Assembly: GCA_051294905.1 (NCBI GenBank)
Contig: CM119373.1
Location: 808,001-872,000, forward strand
Origin: Botryllus schlosseri
Taxonomy: Eukaryota
DNA length: 64,000 bases
Reading direction: 5' to 3'
In this document: piece after piece, positions 50,750 through 63,755 of the stretch
Position numbering within the stretch: the stretch's first letter is position 1
Layout of the letters: the number at the start of each line of letters is the position of its first letter
Position numbers and translations under genes: made by a program
The notes under the pieces: model-generated
The model's database searches: none
What the model was told of the DNA's origin: nothing
What the model saw: only the letters and a program-made list of their open reading frames with translations

Positions 50750-51000
50750 CGTTGGTTAGGTCGAAGACCCTTAGATAAGCTCTGAAATCTGCGGCCGCCG
50801 TGGATGCAGTAAAAAGATATCTGGCCAATTAGCCATACTTGAGCGCATCATTGAAATTTCGCCGAGTGATTCGCTTTCTTACTGCATCGAGCGTACGTTA
50901 ATCTCTCTTGTAGAGCTGGACGTAATTTTCTTTCTGGTAGGCTATTTCTCCAAAGCACTGTTTAAGTCTTCGTAAGAGGCGAACTTACTCTCGGAATCCA
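50750..51000 (-). mobile_element. MULE/MuDR transposase N-terminal exon remnant (ZSWIM3-like)
   Basis: KFASYEDLNSALEK, QKENYVQLYKRD, YCIHGGR and GLRPNQ, followed by a GTAAGT donor on the minus strand. Confidence 0.55.
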
Positions 51001-51849
51001 TGCCGCAGTTACGGCCCACAGTTCCGGAAATCGCGGTACCCATTCTGCAGTTGCGGCTTGCTTACGCCGGACGAATAGCCTGAGGATTCACTTAATTCGT
51101 CCGGTACCGGACGAGTAGACACTTCCATAACAAAAAGAAACCGATAAATTATGGCATGCAGTCGTTTTTATCTATAAGCTGATCTTATCATCCCACTTTT
51201 GCTATAACATTGACACATATTGTGATAAACAGAGCCCTGCGGGAGACTATATTTGGATTGTTGACTGAGAAATGTTATCACCTATTGCACTCCCTGTATA
51301 TGTACAACTTTTACAACAGCGAGAGAATGTCGGAAGCGTCACTTGAAAAAGGAATTCACACTGTTGGTAAACACGAAAATTTCGTGGGGAATGGAAAGAG
51401 TTGCGGGAATGTAAGTCTGAACCGGGAGAATGGGTTGCACAAGATTACGGTGAAGTGGTTGTTCTTAACTTGAAATAACTTGAAACCATACGAAACAACA
51501 ACGACACTGAATGGTGTGAACCGTGAAGTGTATAGGCGAAAAAACTCCAGAGAAAAGGGAAAGTATTGAAACCGGCATGCGTTTGTGATTACAATAGCAC
51601 ATGTCTGGATGTGATCACTTATATCGGAGATGATTGCGTGCGACCCGTTTACCCGCAAGACAACTAACTGGACTAAAACACGTATCAGACGCAACGGTTC
51701 GCTCTGTTCTCTCAAGGCTGGAAACTGGCAATGAGAGAAGCAGTCATCCAACATTGCGGATCTTCAATATCTAACTCGAACTACGTATCGAGGCTCCCAT
51801 TCTAGTCGCATTTTGTGATATGATTATTAGGGGCCGCGAAAATCCGATT

Positions 51850-52501
51850 ACCGATGGGCTTTCAAGTCGGGTACAGTTCTACTGCATAAGTTCGTCCGCG
51901 ATAAGAGTGACCCATTATGCGATAAAGTGTATTTGCTCGATGCTAATCCAAAATATGCTTTGTTTCGCTATCCAGATGGAAGAGAGTCTCCACTACAGAT
52001 ATGGCTGCTTATCCGCGTATGACCGAGGCCACCGAATCCTCGCCATACAGAAAGAAATGGCTATCTTCATTCTCAACCGGTCTTGCATATGTCTTCCAGC
52101 GAAATCGGAGAAAAGGTTACTCAGGCCGACGAATCCTGTAGCGAGGACGCCACCTCCCCTGCTCAAATGGCTGAAAATAACGATGATCAAAGCAATTCGA
52201 CTCAGCTGAGACGCTCTTCACGAATATGAGGAGCTTCTGATAGATACGGGGATTTCGTTTCCCATTAGTTACTTCGGTTTGAGTAGGTTATTTTCGGTAC
52301 CAATGTTTGTGTTATTGGTCGGGGAGATTGTGGTGATCGCTATCGTCTTGTTTGGGTTTTGTTATTATTGCTTGATTGGTTAATTGTCTGAACGTTATCT
52401 GCTGTAGGCCTAGGTATAAATAAAACCATTGTGCTCCTATTCATTGTTTGTCTTCGTTAATAAAAGCCTTTGATGTAAATAGCTGTATTCGATTCACAAC
52501 A
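51850..52501 (+). mobile_element. Gypsy-type LTR retrotransposon 3' remnant: integrase tail, PPT and a 173-bp LTR (52329-52501)
   Basis: GTVLLHKFVRDKSDPLCDKVYLLDANPKYALFRYPDGRES and LRRSSRI; PPT GGGGAGAT; TGTGGTG...CACAACA containing TATAAA and AATAAA. Confidence 0.8.
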
Positions 52502-52589
52502 AAACCCAATCGATAGTTGCAGACATTAATAAAAGCTTTGGATGTACATAGGTGCATTCGATTCACAACATAAAACCCAATCGATAGTT

Positions 52590-54333
52590 GAAGACACTTT
52601 TTTGAGCTTGCACGTTTTCAATTTCACACCGAAATGTGATTCCGAAACACTAAGTAACGCGATTCAGAATTGTTTGGCTTCTTTGGGATTGAGCTTAGAA
52701 AGATGTTGTGGCCAGGCTTATGGCGGGGCAGCAAATATGAAAGGACGGATTAATGGAGTACAGGCTAGAATTTAGCGACTTGCTCCAAAAGCTACGTACG
52801 TTTATTGTATGAGGCATCAAATCAATCTTGTTGTTCAAAATAGTATCTCAAGTTGCACAGAAGGTGGGAATGCGTTACGCATATTAAACGAGGTATCGAA
52901 ATTCGTTAGAAACTCGCCAAAACGACTTCGCCAAAACGACTGGAATGCTTCAAGTCTTTTCATATCAATGATAGCGATGGAATGAGAGAAGCGTTGCCGT
53001 CGCTCCGGCCGCTATGCCCGACTCGCTGGGTGATGCGAAAGCCGTCAATTGACAATTTCATTGCCAATTATGAAAAAATGTTGAACTGGTTGGAAGAATG
53101 CTGCGATAGTCATCAACAAGACGTCCACCAAGGCACTTTGTCAATCTTACTTGCTGCAATTGTAAAAGTTTTCTACCTACTTCAACGGCTGGTAAACACT
53201 TTCCACTCTGTTCACAAAGCCATACAAAGTTCCACGATTTCACTATTTTCGGCCGGGCAATTGATTTCCAATCGTCTCGCGTCCTTATTGGTGACGGGGC
53301 ATCAACGGAGAATGCCAGTGCATTTTTTACAAGGTATCTGGCGAAGCACGAAAATTGAAATTACAATTACCTTCCGTTCCGCGCGCACTGAGCCGAATAC
53401 ACTCACAAAACTCTGACCAACAACATTCTGTGGATGATTTCTTCCGTCATACTTACCATGATGTCTTTCCAAAGGGTAATGAAATTCTTTTGAGTAGATA
53501 TGACTCTGAAGACATCGGAATAGCGATACAGCTCGAGTCAATTTTGAGTTTTCGCGCTGATAAAACTGACATTAGCACTGTTTGCGAATTTTATGAAGGA
53601 AATATTTGCCTGAAAGATTAGGAACGGGAACTTGATCAGTTCATTGTCACTCATGTGTACGCAAAGTGTCCAGTGTATTGCTTTAAAGTATTTGCGAACA
53701 ATCGTACACTGGTTGATGTATTCCCGAATCTAGCTAGGCTTGCGCGCATTTATTTGTCACATCCCTGTGCGACGTGTGAAGCTGAGCGTACATTTAGTGC
53801 ATTGCGTCGATTAAAGACGTACCTGCGATCGACAATGTCACAGCGCCGTCTCAACTCATGCTCAATCTTGAATGTCCCTTCTGAGATGGTAGACAAGATT
53901 AATATGGAAACCAAGATCGCCGAATGGATTGGCAGAAACACAGAGCGCATCAATGCTTTTAGATATTAGGCATTGGTTATGCTATTTCCTGTCCGTATTC
54001 TTTTGTTTAGTCACGTCACAATTTCGTTCCGGTCACAAATACAATTTCATTTCGAGAGCGTGTATTTGTTCGTCAAACCGAGAGACACGATAGTGTTACA
54101 GCGCTTGTAGAAACCGACGTCTTCATTATAGAATCGCGTACGTATCATTCTGCGTCGCTCACATTAGCGGCAGCACGTAATGTCGTAAACGGAAATACAT
54201 TGCGATTTGTTCTAAATAGCAAAGTTGACGTTTATGCCAATACATGCCAAACAGAATTCTAGGCATGCCGCATACCTAAATAAAAATCTAGGCATGCGTG
54301 GCATGCCTTGCATGCCTAGGTTCGGCGCCTATG
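52590..54333 (+). mobile_element. 3' part of a ZMYM1-like hAT transposon with a decayed transposase (to 53969)
   Basis: GQAYGGAANMKG; YCMRHQINL; LCPTRW; CEAERTFSALRRLKTYLRSTMSQRRLN; terminus ...TTCGGCGCCTATG with GGCAT/ATGCC repeats. Confidence 0.9.
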
Positions 54334-54959
54334 TTCACTGTTGTCGCACACGAACAAGCACTGTATGCCATCATCATCAGCAAGTCTGCGGGACATCTCG
54401 AAGAAATATTCCCACTAAACAAATGATTAACATCTTTGCCATTTTGTGACTATATTATGTTCAAAATAGTAACACGTGAAAAACAGATGTAGTTTGTGTG
54501 TAAAAGTATCTTGTACTGCTGTACTGATAAGTGATGTCAAAGTTGTAGCGTTAGGTCTAGAAATTGTAATTGTCAAAATTGTTGTTCGCAAACTCAATAT
54601 TTTCTAGCAACCTACATTTCGTTTGTATCGTAGATGCTCACTGTTCACACACACTATCGGCGAACCTATGTTGATTCTTGAAGTACCACTATTTCTACCA
54701 TGCGTGATATAGCTTATTGGAATTTTTCCTAGGTCCAGATTTTATAAAAATATTGTTTTTGAAATGCGTCAGTAATTGAGTCAAAAAATTTTTTCAGGCG
54801 AAACTACTTGAACCAGAATCAAGGTTAAGTAGTACAATTTTATCATCATGTGCGAAAACACCTAATTTGCATGCAATGAGGTAAAAATATAGTTATCTGG
54901 GGTAAAAAAAATCACCCTAGTGATAACACATGACACGCAATCAAAAGTTTTCAACAGAA

Positions 54960-57900
54960 TACAAATTTTGGAGATCAAAGGGATTTTTTTACGCTTTTCT
55001 GCTCGGCTATATTTTTGTTATTGGACATGAATGCAGAAACCGAAGGATTTCGGGTGCGAGCTGCATTTTCTCGCTGTTTACCAAAATATGCCTCAAGAGG
55101 ATTTTGAATGATCCGGCGAGGAAAGACATATTCCGCCCCACTCTAGAGTACCAATTTGATCACGGCTACAATGGAGAGGGTTGCGATCTGCAGTCCATTT
55201 CTTGTGGCATTGGACAGAAGCATCATCTGCAAGTGGCCGAATATATTGACTTTGCCTGCAAGTGGCCGAGAAGCTGCAGAATGTTTCCAGCTTTCCATAT
55301 AATTCAGAAAGTCAGTTAAGAGCCAGGACAGGCGTTCATCTTCAATGCTTCTGTAAGGCGTCCTAGACTCTTTGAAAAGTTTCCTTAGAAGCCGGCGTTC
55401 ACATAATCGAATCACTGATTCATTGTTAGTAGAAGCCGACCAAGGGCAGAGTGAAGCCCGATTTCTGTATTGCAGAACCTAGTGATTAAATATAATAATG
55501 TGCAATAAGTTCGTTCCCCCTGAGCAGCCAATCTTCATTCATTTTTTGCCACGGGTTAGGGTCTACATGCGCCTCAGAAAGCTTTGGGCAGATGCGCAAT
55601 TCACCTCGTGCTAAATCATCCTGTTTGAATAAGAAGCATGCGATTTCATGATAGTTACAGAAATTTAAAGCCAAACTTTGAGTATTTAAATCGAATTTAA
55701 TCACAGATTATTGATTCCTTGCACCATAGTATAGTGGCATGAAACTATAAAATTGATACCTACTCTGACCATCTACTTAATCGGATCCATATATATATGC
55801 CCATTATTCCAAAGACATTTCATCTTATTGAGCAGATTGTTTCTGGTAGTTTTTAGCAAATGAGGGGGATCAGGAATGAAGTATATAAATCTGCATCAGA
55901 AAAGGACTACGGGTGAATTGGTTTTTTCATCCTATAAGGCACGTAAGGTTGATTACCGCCCTGTTAAGACATGATATCTGGACAAAAATGAAATGACAGG
56001 GACCCAGCTCAATACTAACAAACAATTCCAACTATAATGACAGAAGTTCTGTATTGAATTTCGACGAGTAGGTCAGACAGTATAAAAAAGAGATCTGATG
56101 AGTCAACGTTGGCAGTAGGGTAGAAGGCCACTACACCGTCCAATCCATTGTTAGCTATTCCTGAAAGCATACAAGTTATGACTGCTATGAGCATGTCAAA
56201 AAGGAGCACTGGTGCTCACCTCTCGCATAAACAGCTAGGATACGATTGGCCACTTTACTTGCATATTTTGAAATGTCATTATAGACCTCATTATTGAAGT
56301 CCACATAACCGATTATATCGTCGGTGAAAGATCGATAGACAAGCTCCTCTGAAAAATTTGATAAACTTGTAAACCAATGTGAATATTTTAAGAAAGAAAA
56401 TGCATAACATCATTAAATCAAAAATATACCTTTGACTGATAATTCATCAATTGCAATAATCATGAATTTGTCACACATTCTTTTGTAGATTTGCTTACTG
56501 ATTCGGCTATTTCATCAGCGAATTTCTTCTGAAAGCCAATGTTACACGGCCCAAAATATTAATTCCTTCTCAAACGGAGTCTTTTTTGATGGCAAGACAA
56601 TTATTTTTTTCAGATAACTGTAAGCAGCTGGCGATTTGGCATATAGATTCAAGCAATATCTGAAATATCAAATCAGGATATGCTATAATAGTAGATGTAC
56701 CTGATATATTCCAAAAGAAAATATTACCGAATAACAGAAGGGGATATCTACGGCAATTTTTATTTCCTGCTTGCTGTAAAGTCCTTTGAATGTGACGCCA
56801 TTCGTCAAGAAAACTGACGCCATTCCTTAAGAAAACTATCGGTACCGGCTAATTCATCAACAGCTGAAGCAAGGTCATCTGAGACTTCAACTCCATTATT
56901 TTTCAATTGATCTTCAAGAACGCTGATGCTATGAATAAATTCAATGCAAGCACAACATTTGGCAGAAAAGTCAACAGCCTACCGTTGCTGACTAAAATCC
57001 AATGATGCTTCCAGCCTCTCTCTACAGACATTCGATAGCGAGGATCGCTCGCTTACTTATGGGAACCGTTACCATCTTACTGAGCTTCTGGAATCTCTTT
57101 TTCTCATTATCATCCTCTGCTTAACATGAAGACGAGAGCATGCTTGGCACGACACACCCAAAACTGATAAATCGGCAAAAATGCAGTCATTACTGAAATA
57201 TAAACAGTAAAGAAACACCTTGTCATTGCCATGTAAATATTTTCTAGAGAACCTTGTTTTTAAGCATACGATGGCATTCAACTTCTTTCTGGATTGCTGT
57301 ACTTCCTTACCTTGTTTCAGTTTCCACTTTCTCATGTTCTGCCTGTATGTTATATATCTTCCTCGATAGCCTCTGTATGTTTTATATCTTCCACGATAGT
57401 TAACTTTTGTTTTTGTCGCTAACACTTGGATTTCCTCTACATATCTTGTAATTTTGGAGTTGACGCAAAATATCTTGAAGGCTACAATCATCTAATCTCA
57501 TAGTTAGAATGTCCTTAATGATTCCGTTGAAACTGAATGACATTGAAAATTCACCTCCTCTTTTCCATACAAGAAAGCTGATCGAGCTGTATGGATGTAA
57601 TAACGGATTCTCATAATAGTTGAAGTGAAGCATATTCTCGTCTACTCGGTAGCATCGCAAATTCCTGACTACATTGCAACTGAATGTTGACATAATATCA
57701 TCAATGCTGTCATAATGAATAGCTTTCTTTCGTTTTTCCGGCGAAGGATGCTTTATAATCACTCGGCGAGGCTGTGGAATGAATGACTGTGGGATGGTGT
57801 TTTTGTGGCGAGCGTACTTTTGGTATAGCTCCTAGCTTTATCCAGCTTCTTTGGCTTGAGACATGAATATCTGTTTTTCACAAATGTCAGGTTATTTTCA

Positions 57901-60692
57901 AAGTCCGCTTCAACACTGCAATGAGTATATTATTGTAGTTTTTAAAGTCAGTGTTGAAACGGACTTTGAAAATAACCTGAAATGAGTATGTTATTGTAGA
58001 GGATATTATTGTTATTTTAATAATAGTATCATATGGTAAAAAACTGTAGGGGTTGATCATCACTTTCTTCCTTCCGGCATGTTTTAAACTTTTGAGACTA
58101 TTTGATTACAAATAATGAAAAAATGGTAGTAGGCCTATACAAAATCACTGCAAAAATACTATATTGTAAATGAATTTATCCGTGTGATGTTGTAATATTT
58201 CACACTGCTGATCTTAATTTGCAACATGCGGTATCCCTTCATGCTGGATGACCAACTTTGCCCGTTCGAATATAAGACAAGATGATTGAATATGCAATGA
58301 ACATCGAATAAAACATGAAAACACCGAGTATAATAACTCGATCCGCACACTCACCTGCTTAAATTTATTGGCCCATTCTTTATTACTAACTCCAAACCGA
58401 GGTTTATCACAAGTTGGAACAACGTATAGACGAATTCCGCTTATATATATATATCGACTTTTCAATTAGATAAAATAAAAAAGGGCAAAAGAAAACAGGA
58501 GACAAAAAGAACATAAGATAATCAATTTTGGGCTCGTGTTGAGCGTCTCCAACGTGGGCGTCTTCAAGCGAAGGCCCGCGTTGCGCTAGATCAGTCTCCA
58601 TTGTCGAGCGCCATGTTCTCCGATTCCAGCCACCTCTGCGCCATGGCTCCGTGGGAATGTGATTAATGATGGCGGCGGCTGGTTGCTCGTCTTGGTGCCG
58701 CACTAGATGGCCGATTAGACGGAAGCGTCGTTCAGCTGCCAGTAGACGGCATGGGACCGTTCCTGTGAGTTCTCGCAATGCGTTCGTGGATATATGCTCC
58801 GGATGGTGAATGCCGAGTGCATAGCGGAGGAGTGCGTCATAGTTAGCGTTGAGCGTCTTAGCCAGCTTCTCTGTCAGCGTGAGTGCCTCTATTCCGTAGA
58901 GAAGAACCTGCTCGACAGTGCCACGGAAGATGCGGGTCTTGAGCTGGGTTGAGGCACTTGAATGGAAGAGGCTATGTAGCCGTCTTGCCGCGCCCCAGGC
59001 ATTTGCTAGCCTCGCCTTGAGCGCTTTTCCAGAGTCAGCGACGTCAATACCGAGGTATACAAAACTCGTTACATACTTGAGATCGATATCTCCGAGTCGA
59101 ATTGGTGTCGCGTTCTCCGGTAGAGCTGGTATGGCCAGAACCTGTCTTCTTAGCGTTGATCTGGAGGCCAGCAAGAGCGGCGGCGTCCTCCAGCTGGTTA
59201 ATGGGGCGCTGTGCCGATGCGGTGTTCGGGGCAAGCAGGGCTAGGTCGTCTGCGTAGGCAAGAATACCTACGTGGATTGCCTCGCGAGTCGTACGCGTGC
59301 GCGTTCCTTGCCGTGGCCGCCATTCAAAGAAACTGCACCTAGTGTGTGCGTATGGACCAACATCTCCGAACACCACTGCCTTCCCAGCTGATACGCTCGC
59401 CTTCTACGACCAACTAGAAGGCATTCTATCAACCTACCCGCAGCGCGACATAACCATACTGCTTGGGGACATGAATGCCACGTTGGCCGAGCGCTCGCAG
59501 CGAGTTCGCTTCCCAGTTGGCCATGAGAACAGCAACTCGGAGCATTTTACCAATCTACTCGACCGCTGCGACCTCATTCCTCTCAATGCCAACTTCTATA
59601 TGAAGCCGAAGCGTAGGACGACATTTGACGGTATGCGCCAACGCAACACACGGCTGGATTATATCTGCTGCAATGCTCCCGCACGGCACCATTTCACGAA
59701 CTGCCGAACGGTGCGCATGCTAACGATCAGGAGTGACCATCGCATGGTGCAGCCTGGAAAGCCATCGGTGAATTAGTTGGCTTCAAGAGGACCCGCGTGA
59801 AGGCTTGTACGGAAGACCTCGCAGCACACTTCGAGACCCTGTTATCAACACCTGCACCGGACATCGATGTGCTCGTTGCACCGCCTTCACTAGCAGCAAA
59901 TCCTCTAGCGATAAATACAACCCGGATCACGCTAGGTGAGCTCAAGACAGCCATGCGTGGAGTACCACAATTCAAGGCCACCGGCACGGACGGCATCCCA
60001 ACGGCTGCTTACACCTCGGGCGTTGCACCTGTGCTCCTCGACGTCATGAATGGCGTCCTCGAAGGCGGCCCGGTGCCCCCCGAGTGGCTCGAGAGCGAAA
60101 TCGTCCCTATCTACAAGAAAGGCGCTGCGGGTGACCCAGCGAACTACAGAGGCATCTCCCTGATGCAGACCGCTGCCAAGCTGTTCGACCGAGTACTGCT
60201 CCTCCGCATACGTGAGCAACTCTCTACCAAGCTCCTGAATGCTCAGAATGGATTTCGACCATCTCGCGGTACAACAGAGCACATCCTGGCACTGCGCACA
60301 ATCATTGACACCTGCCGCTCACACAGAAAGAATGTTGTGGCCGTCTTCGTTGATTTCGCGAAAGCCTTCGACTCGGTCTCGCGCCCAGCCATGGCGGAGA
60401 TCCTCAGATTCTATGGAATTCCTGAGGTGATAACGTACGCCATTATGGCCCTCTACACTGACACACGAGCGCGAGTCCGAACAGATGACGGCCCAAGCGG
60501 AGATTTCAACACTTCGGCTGGTGTGCTTCAAGGTGACACCCTGGCACCATTCTTGTTCGTGGTCATCCTTGACTTCGTGCTACTAACGGCGTTCCTGGAT
60601 ACTACGAATTCCGCTTGCAGCAGCACTAGAACATTGCGGAATACAGCAATACTTCCACTCGTTAGCTTACTACTTCCCGATTTCGCAGCCAT
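54960..60692 (-). pseudogene. Intron-containing P-element (THAP9-like) transposase, decayed and split by a LINE
   Basis: THAP start KYCCIPQCSS...GIRLYVVP...KEW reconstructed across the LINE; IAIDELSVK; YFIPDPPHLLKTTRNNL; CPKLSEAHV...WQKMN; QNPLEAYFGKQR. One candidate CATAG terminus at 60862. Confidence 0.88.
58443..60603 (-). mobile_element. RTE-like non-LTR retrotransposon with an inverted 5' segment
   Basis: 13-bp TSD ACGAATTCCGCTT (58430-58442, 60604-60616); (AT)n tail. Minus part: LAYADD, FVYLG, LLYGIE. Plus part: AYGPT, LLGDMNA, RLDYI, SDH, NYRGISL, FVDFAKAFDSV, GVLQGDTLAPFLF. Confidence 0.93.
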
Positions 60693-60909
60693 TTGTTTTT
60701 TCGTGGCTTGAAATAACTAGGAACGGCGTCCTATGCAACAGATCTAGGGGATAATCCTGCACTCAAAATAAAGATTTACACCTCCATCGCTAGGTGTCTC
60801 GCTCCCGCCTATAGTTGCCACGGAAAACGATGGGGTGTAACGACTATCTTATAAAGGCTATGGTTATACCGTCCGCAGCTCCGGTCGCAAAACGTGGATC
60901 GTACCAGAG

Positions 60910-63121
60910 CAGTGCTTTTCAACCTGTGTGACGGTTCGCACTGGTGCGAATGAAAAAAATTGCAGTGCGAATGACGAAGGTGGTGCGAATAGTGCGAATG
61001 AAAATCTGGGTCAAGTGCGAATGACGAAGGTGGTGCGAATGAAACTCCGGATCAAGTGCGAACGAAAATCGTGATTAATTGTTAACTTTTCTGACGAGGA
61101 ATAATTCCAATAAAGTTAATAGGAAATTTTGAATCAGTGTAACTTTTGTAGTTGCGACGCAATTGTAAAAACTTGATACGACGCACCACTAATCGTAGCT
61201 CTTACAAGCCGTAGTGAATTAATATTCCAACTTTTCTGACGAGGAATAATTCCAATAAAGTTAATAGGAAATTTTGAATCAGTGTAACTTTTGTAGTTGC
61301 GACGCAATTGTAAAAACTTGATACGACGCACCACTAATCGTAGCTCTTACAAGCCGTAGTGAATTAATATTCCCACACTATAATTATTACGTCACAAAAA
61401 GTATGGTTTGGAAGCTGGTGTAGTGGCAGTATAGAGATCTCTACAATATCTATAGTGGCAGACATACAGTATATCAGCCCGTCTGATCCTGCGACAGGCT
61501 CGAAAAATGATGTCAAATTTACTGTCTGCATTCTTTCGCTAAACAATCATCATATTTGCATTCTTTCGCTAAACAATCATCATATTTTCGTAATAACTGT
61601 TCGATTAGCGCGAGGTACGAGGATAGTAGTAAATACCATCATTACAGCGACTCACATTCGCAAGTTTACTGTAACGTAAATTTTTACCCCTTCATGGTTA
61701 TTAAAGTATAGGGACTGCAAAGGGTATAATTTTGGGTCGACACGGTGCCAGAGCTATCTGTTAATTTGTATGTAATATTTATGAATTTATTGCAATATTT
61801 ATGAATTTATTGCAAAAAATCCTGCGATCGTTTCTACATATCCAAGGTCACTGTGTTGGGTACTGTAGCCAATAAGTGGGACGCGCAGCAAATATGGCAT
61901 ATGGCATGGAATTCTTGATCAGATTTTTCCAACTGTTTTATTTTGGAAATCATGGTCGAAGACCGCTGGGATGAACTAGTGTGGGGGAGTGCAACGAGCG
62001 AGATCAGGCCTATGACACTCATTCATTTCGAGGCCAACCCCTTCTGCGTCGGGGCACATGAAGACGTAAAGTTTTGGCGAATAAACCGCTGATAGAATGA
62101 GGTGCCAAAAACATGAGTGGCGACAAAACCTCGGTCGCAAAATGACCGATGCTGGATGGCCAAACCTTTCGAGATGGATTGGATATGCTCCATTGTCGGC
62201 ACGGAATAGTCGCGTTCTAGCAATCTAAGTAGACAGTATAGTACGACTGTGATACGCAGAGGAATTTAATTAGCCCTAATTTGAATTTGCGTACGTCAGA
62301 CATTTGTTGTAGAGATGTGTTGGTTAGAATTGCAATGTGCGCGTTCTGTATCTCATACATGCCCGTAACATCGAAGCATACAACTGTAATATCAAATATA
62401 AATTCCTCTTCATGGGTGAGGCTCAGGTCGCGAGATGCCACAAATACTCAGATTTTGGTGGTAGTCTAAAAGCTGGTTTACCGTTATCAAACTGCTATGA
62501 ATTCTCAAGTTAGATTGAGGTGAAGAGTAGAACACGCAGTACCATGAGTTATTTGCTCTTCTCATAAACTTGCGAGACAGAAGTTGGATCAACGTATCAT
62601 CAGGTATCGAGCTCTAATGTGCCAACACTCCTTGATCGTTTTGCACCTTATGTTCCAAAGACATAAGGCAAAAGCCTCAACACAAACATGTGGTTTTTTT
62701 AACCTTTCGAAAAACTGGAGCTTCGCGGGAACTTTGTGTCAGCTCTCAAAAACGATTTCTGCCAGCAAGCACTTTTGACTCGCGAAAAATACTCTGTATT
62801 TTGAATAGGAGTGCAGAACAGATTTTAAGACCTGGCCATCCAAGCACTAGTAGAAGTTCTTGTACAAATTCCGAACAACATTGTTTGGTCGAGAAGGGTT
62901 GTATTGAAATAATTGAAGTAAAACAAGCGAAAAAAGTTGCCTCTTAATGAGACATTTGATAGCTTAATCTACATAGTTATCCAATTTGTTGCACATCTGA
63001 ACAAAATGTTGAGTAGGCCTATCTTCATCTTTTTGTATAACAATTTTCGATTAGTTTGTGCGAATAAAATTTATTTCACGAAAAAAGTGCGAATGGAGCT
63101 CAAAAAGGTTGAAAAGCACTG
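60910..63121 (+). mobile_element. Buster-type hAT derivative with a highly decayed transposase
   Basis: TIR CAGTGCTTTTCAACCT; perfect TSD TACCAGAG; GTGCGAA subterminal repeats; remnant ...HCLVEKG...; 145-bp internal tandem duplication. Confidence 0.88.
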
Positions 63122-63755
63122 TACCAGAGTAAACCCAGATAACATCTTCTTGTGTAGTCAAGCATGTCATGGCTCAAAAGCTAGATCTTGTTACTATCTA
63201 CAATACGGACTTGGATTATAGATAACTAACCTATGGATAGATACTGCAGTTAAATCGCCCTGAAGTAGCTAAGTAGGGTAACCTGTGTATTGTAGGTAAT
63301 TGCTGCGCTCTACTTAACTTGACGTCAACTCTGTAGTAAGTTCTTGAACCAAGAGATTGCTCAATACAAGATTTATTCGTCGTCGATGTTTGTTGTAGGT
63401 AGCGTAAAATGAGTCTGATTTAATACGAGACAGACTCGACAGTTTTGCAGTCTCTCGAACGAGAGAGTGAATACGTGCAATATTACGTCATTATTATTTA
63501 CTATAGCATGCACATTGCACAGTTTGTAATACGTGATATATTAACAATAAGCTCCATGCTAATTATTGGTTGTGTTTCAACTTGAAACCGTAAGTTGCCA
63601 AGCAACTGCAATACGAAACACCTGTCGTCACGCTTTCTTGCCTAGAGGAAATCGCTGCTCAGCAATCTGAACGCAACATACTTTCTAATCCCTTAGCTCA
63701 CGACCCGAGCGCTCAAATTTAGCAAAGTTGATCTTATTTGAAAGCTACTGTGGAT

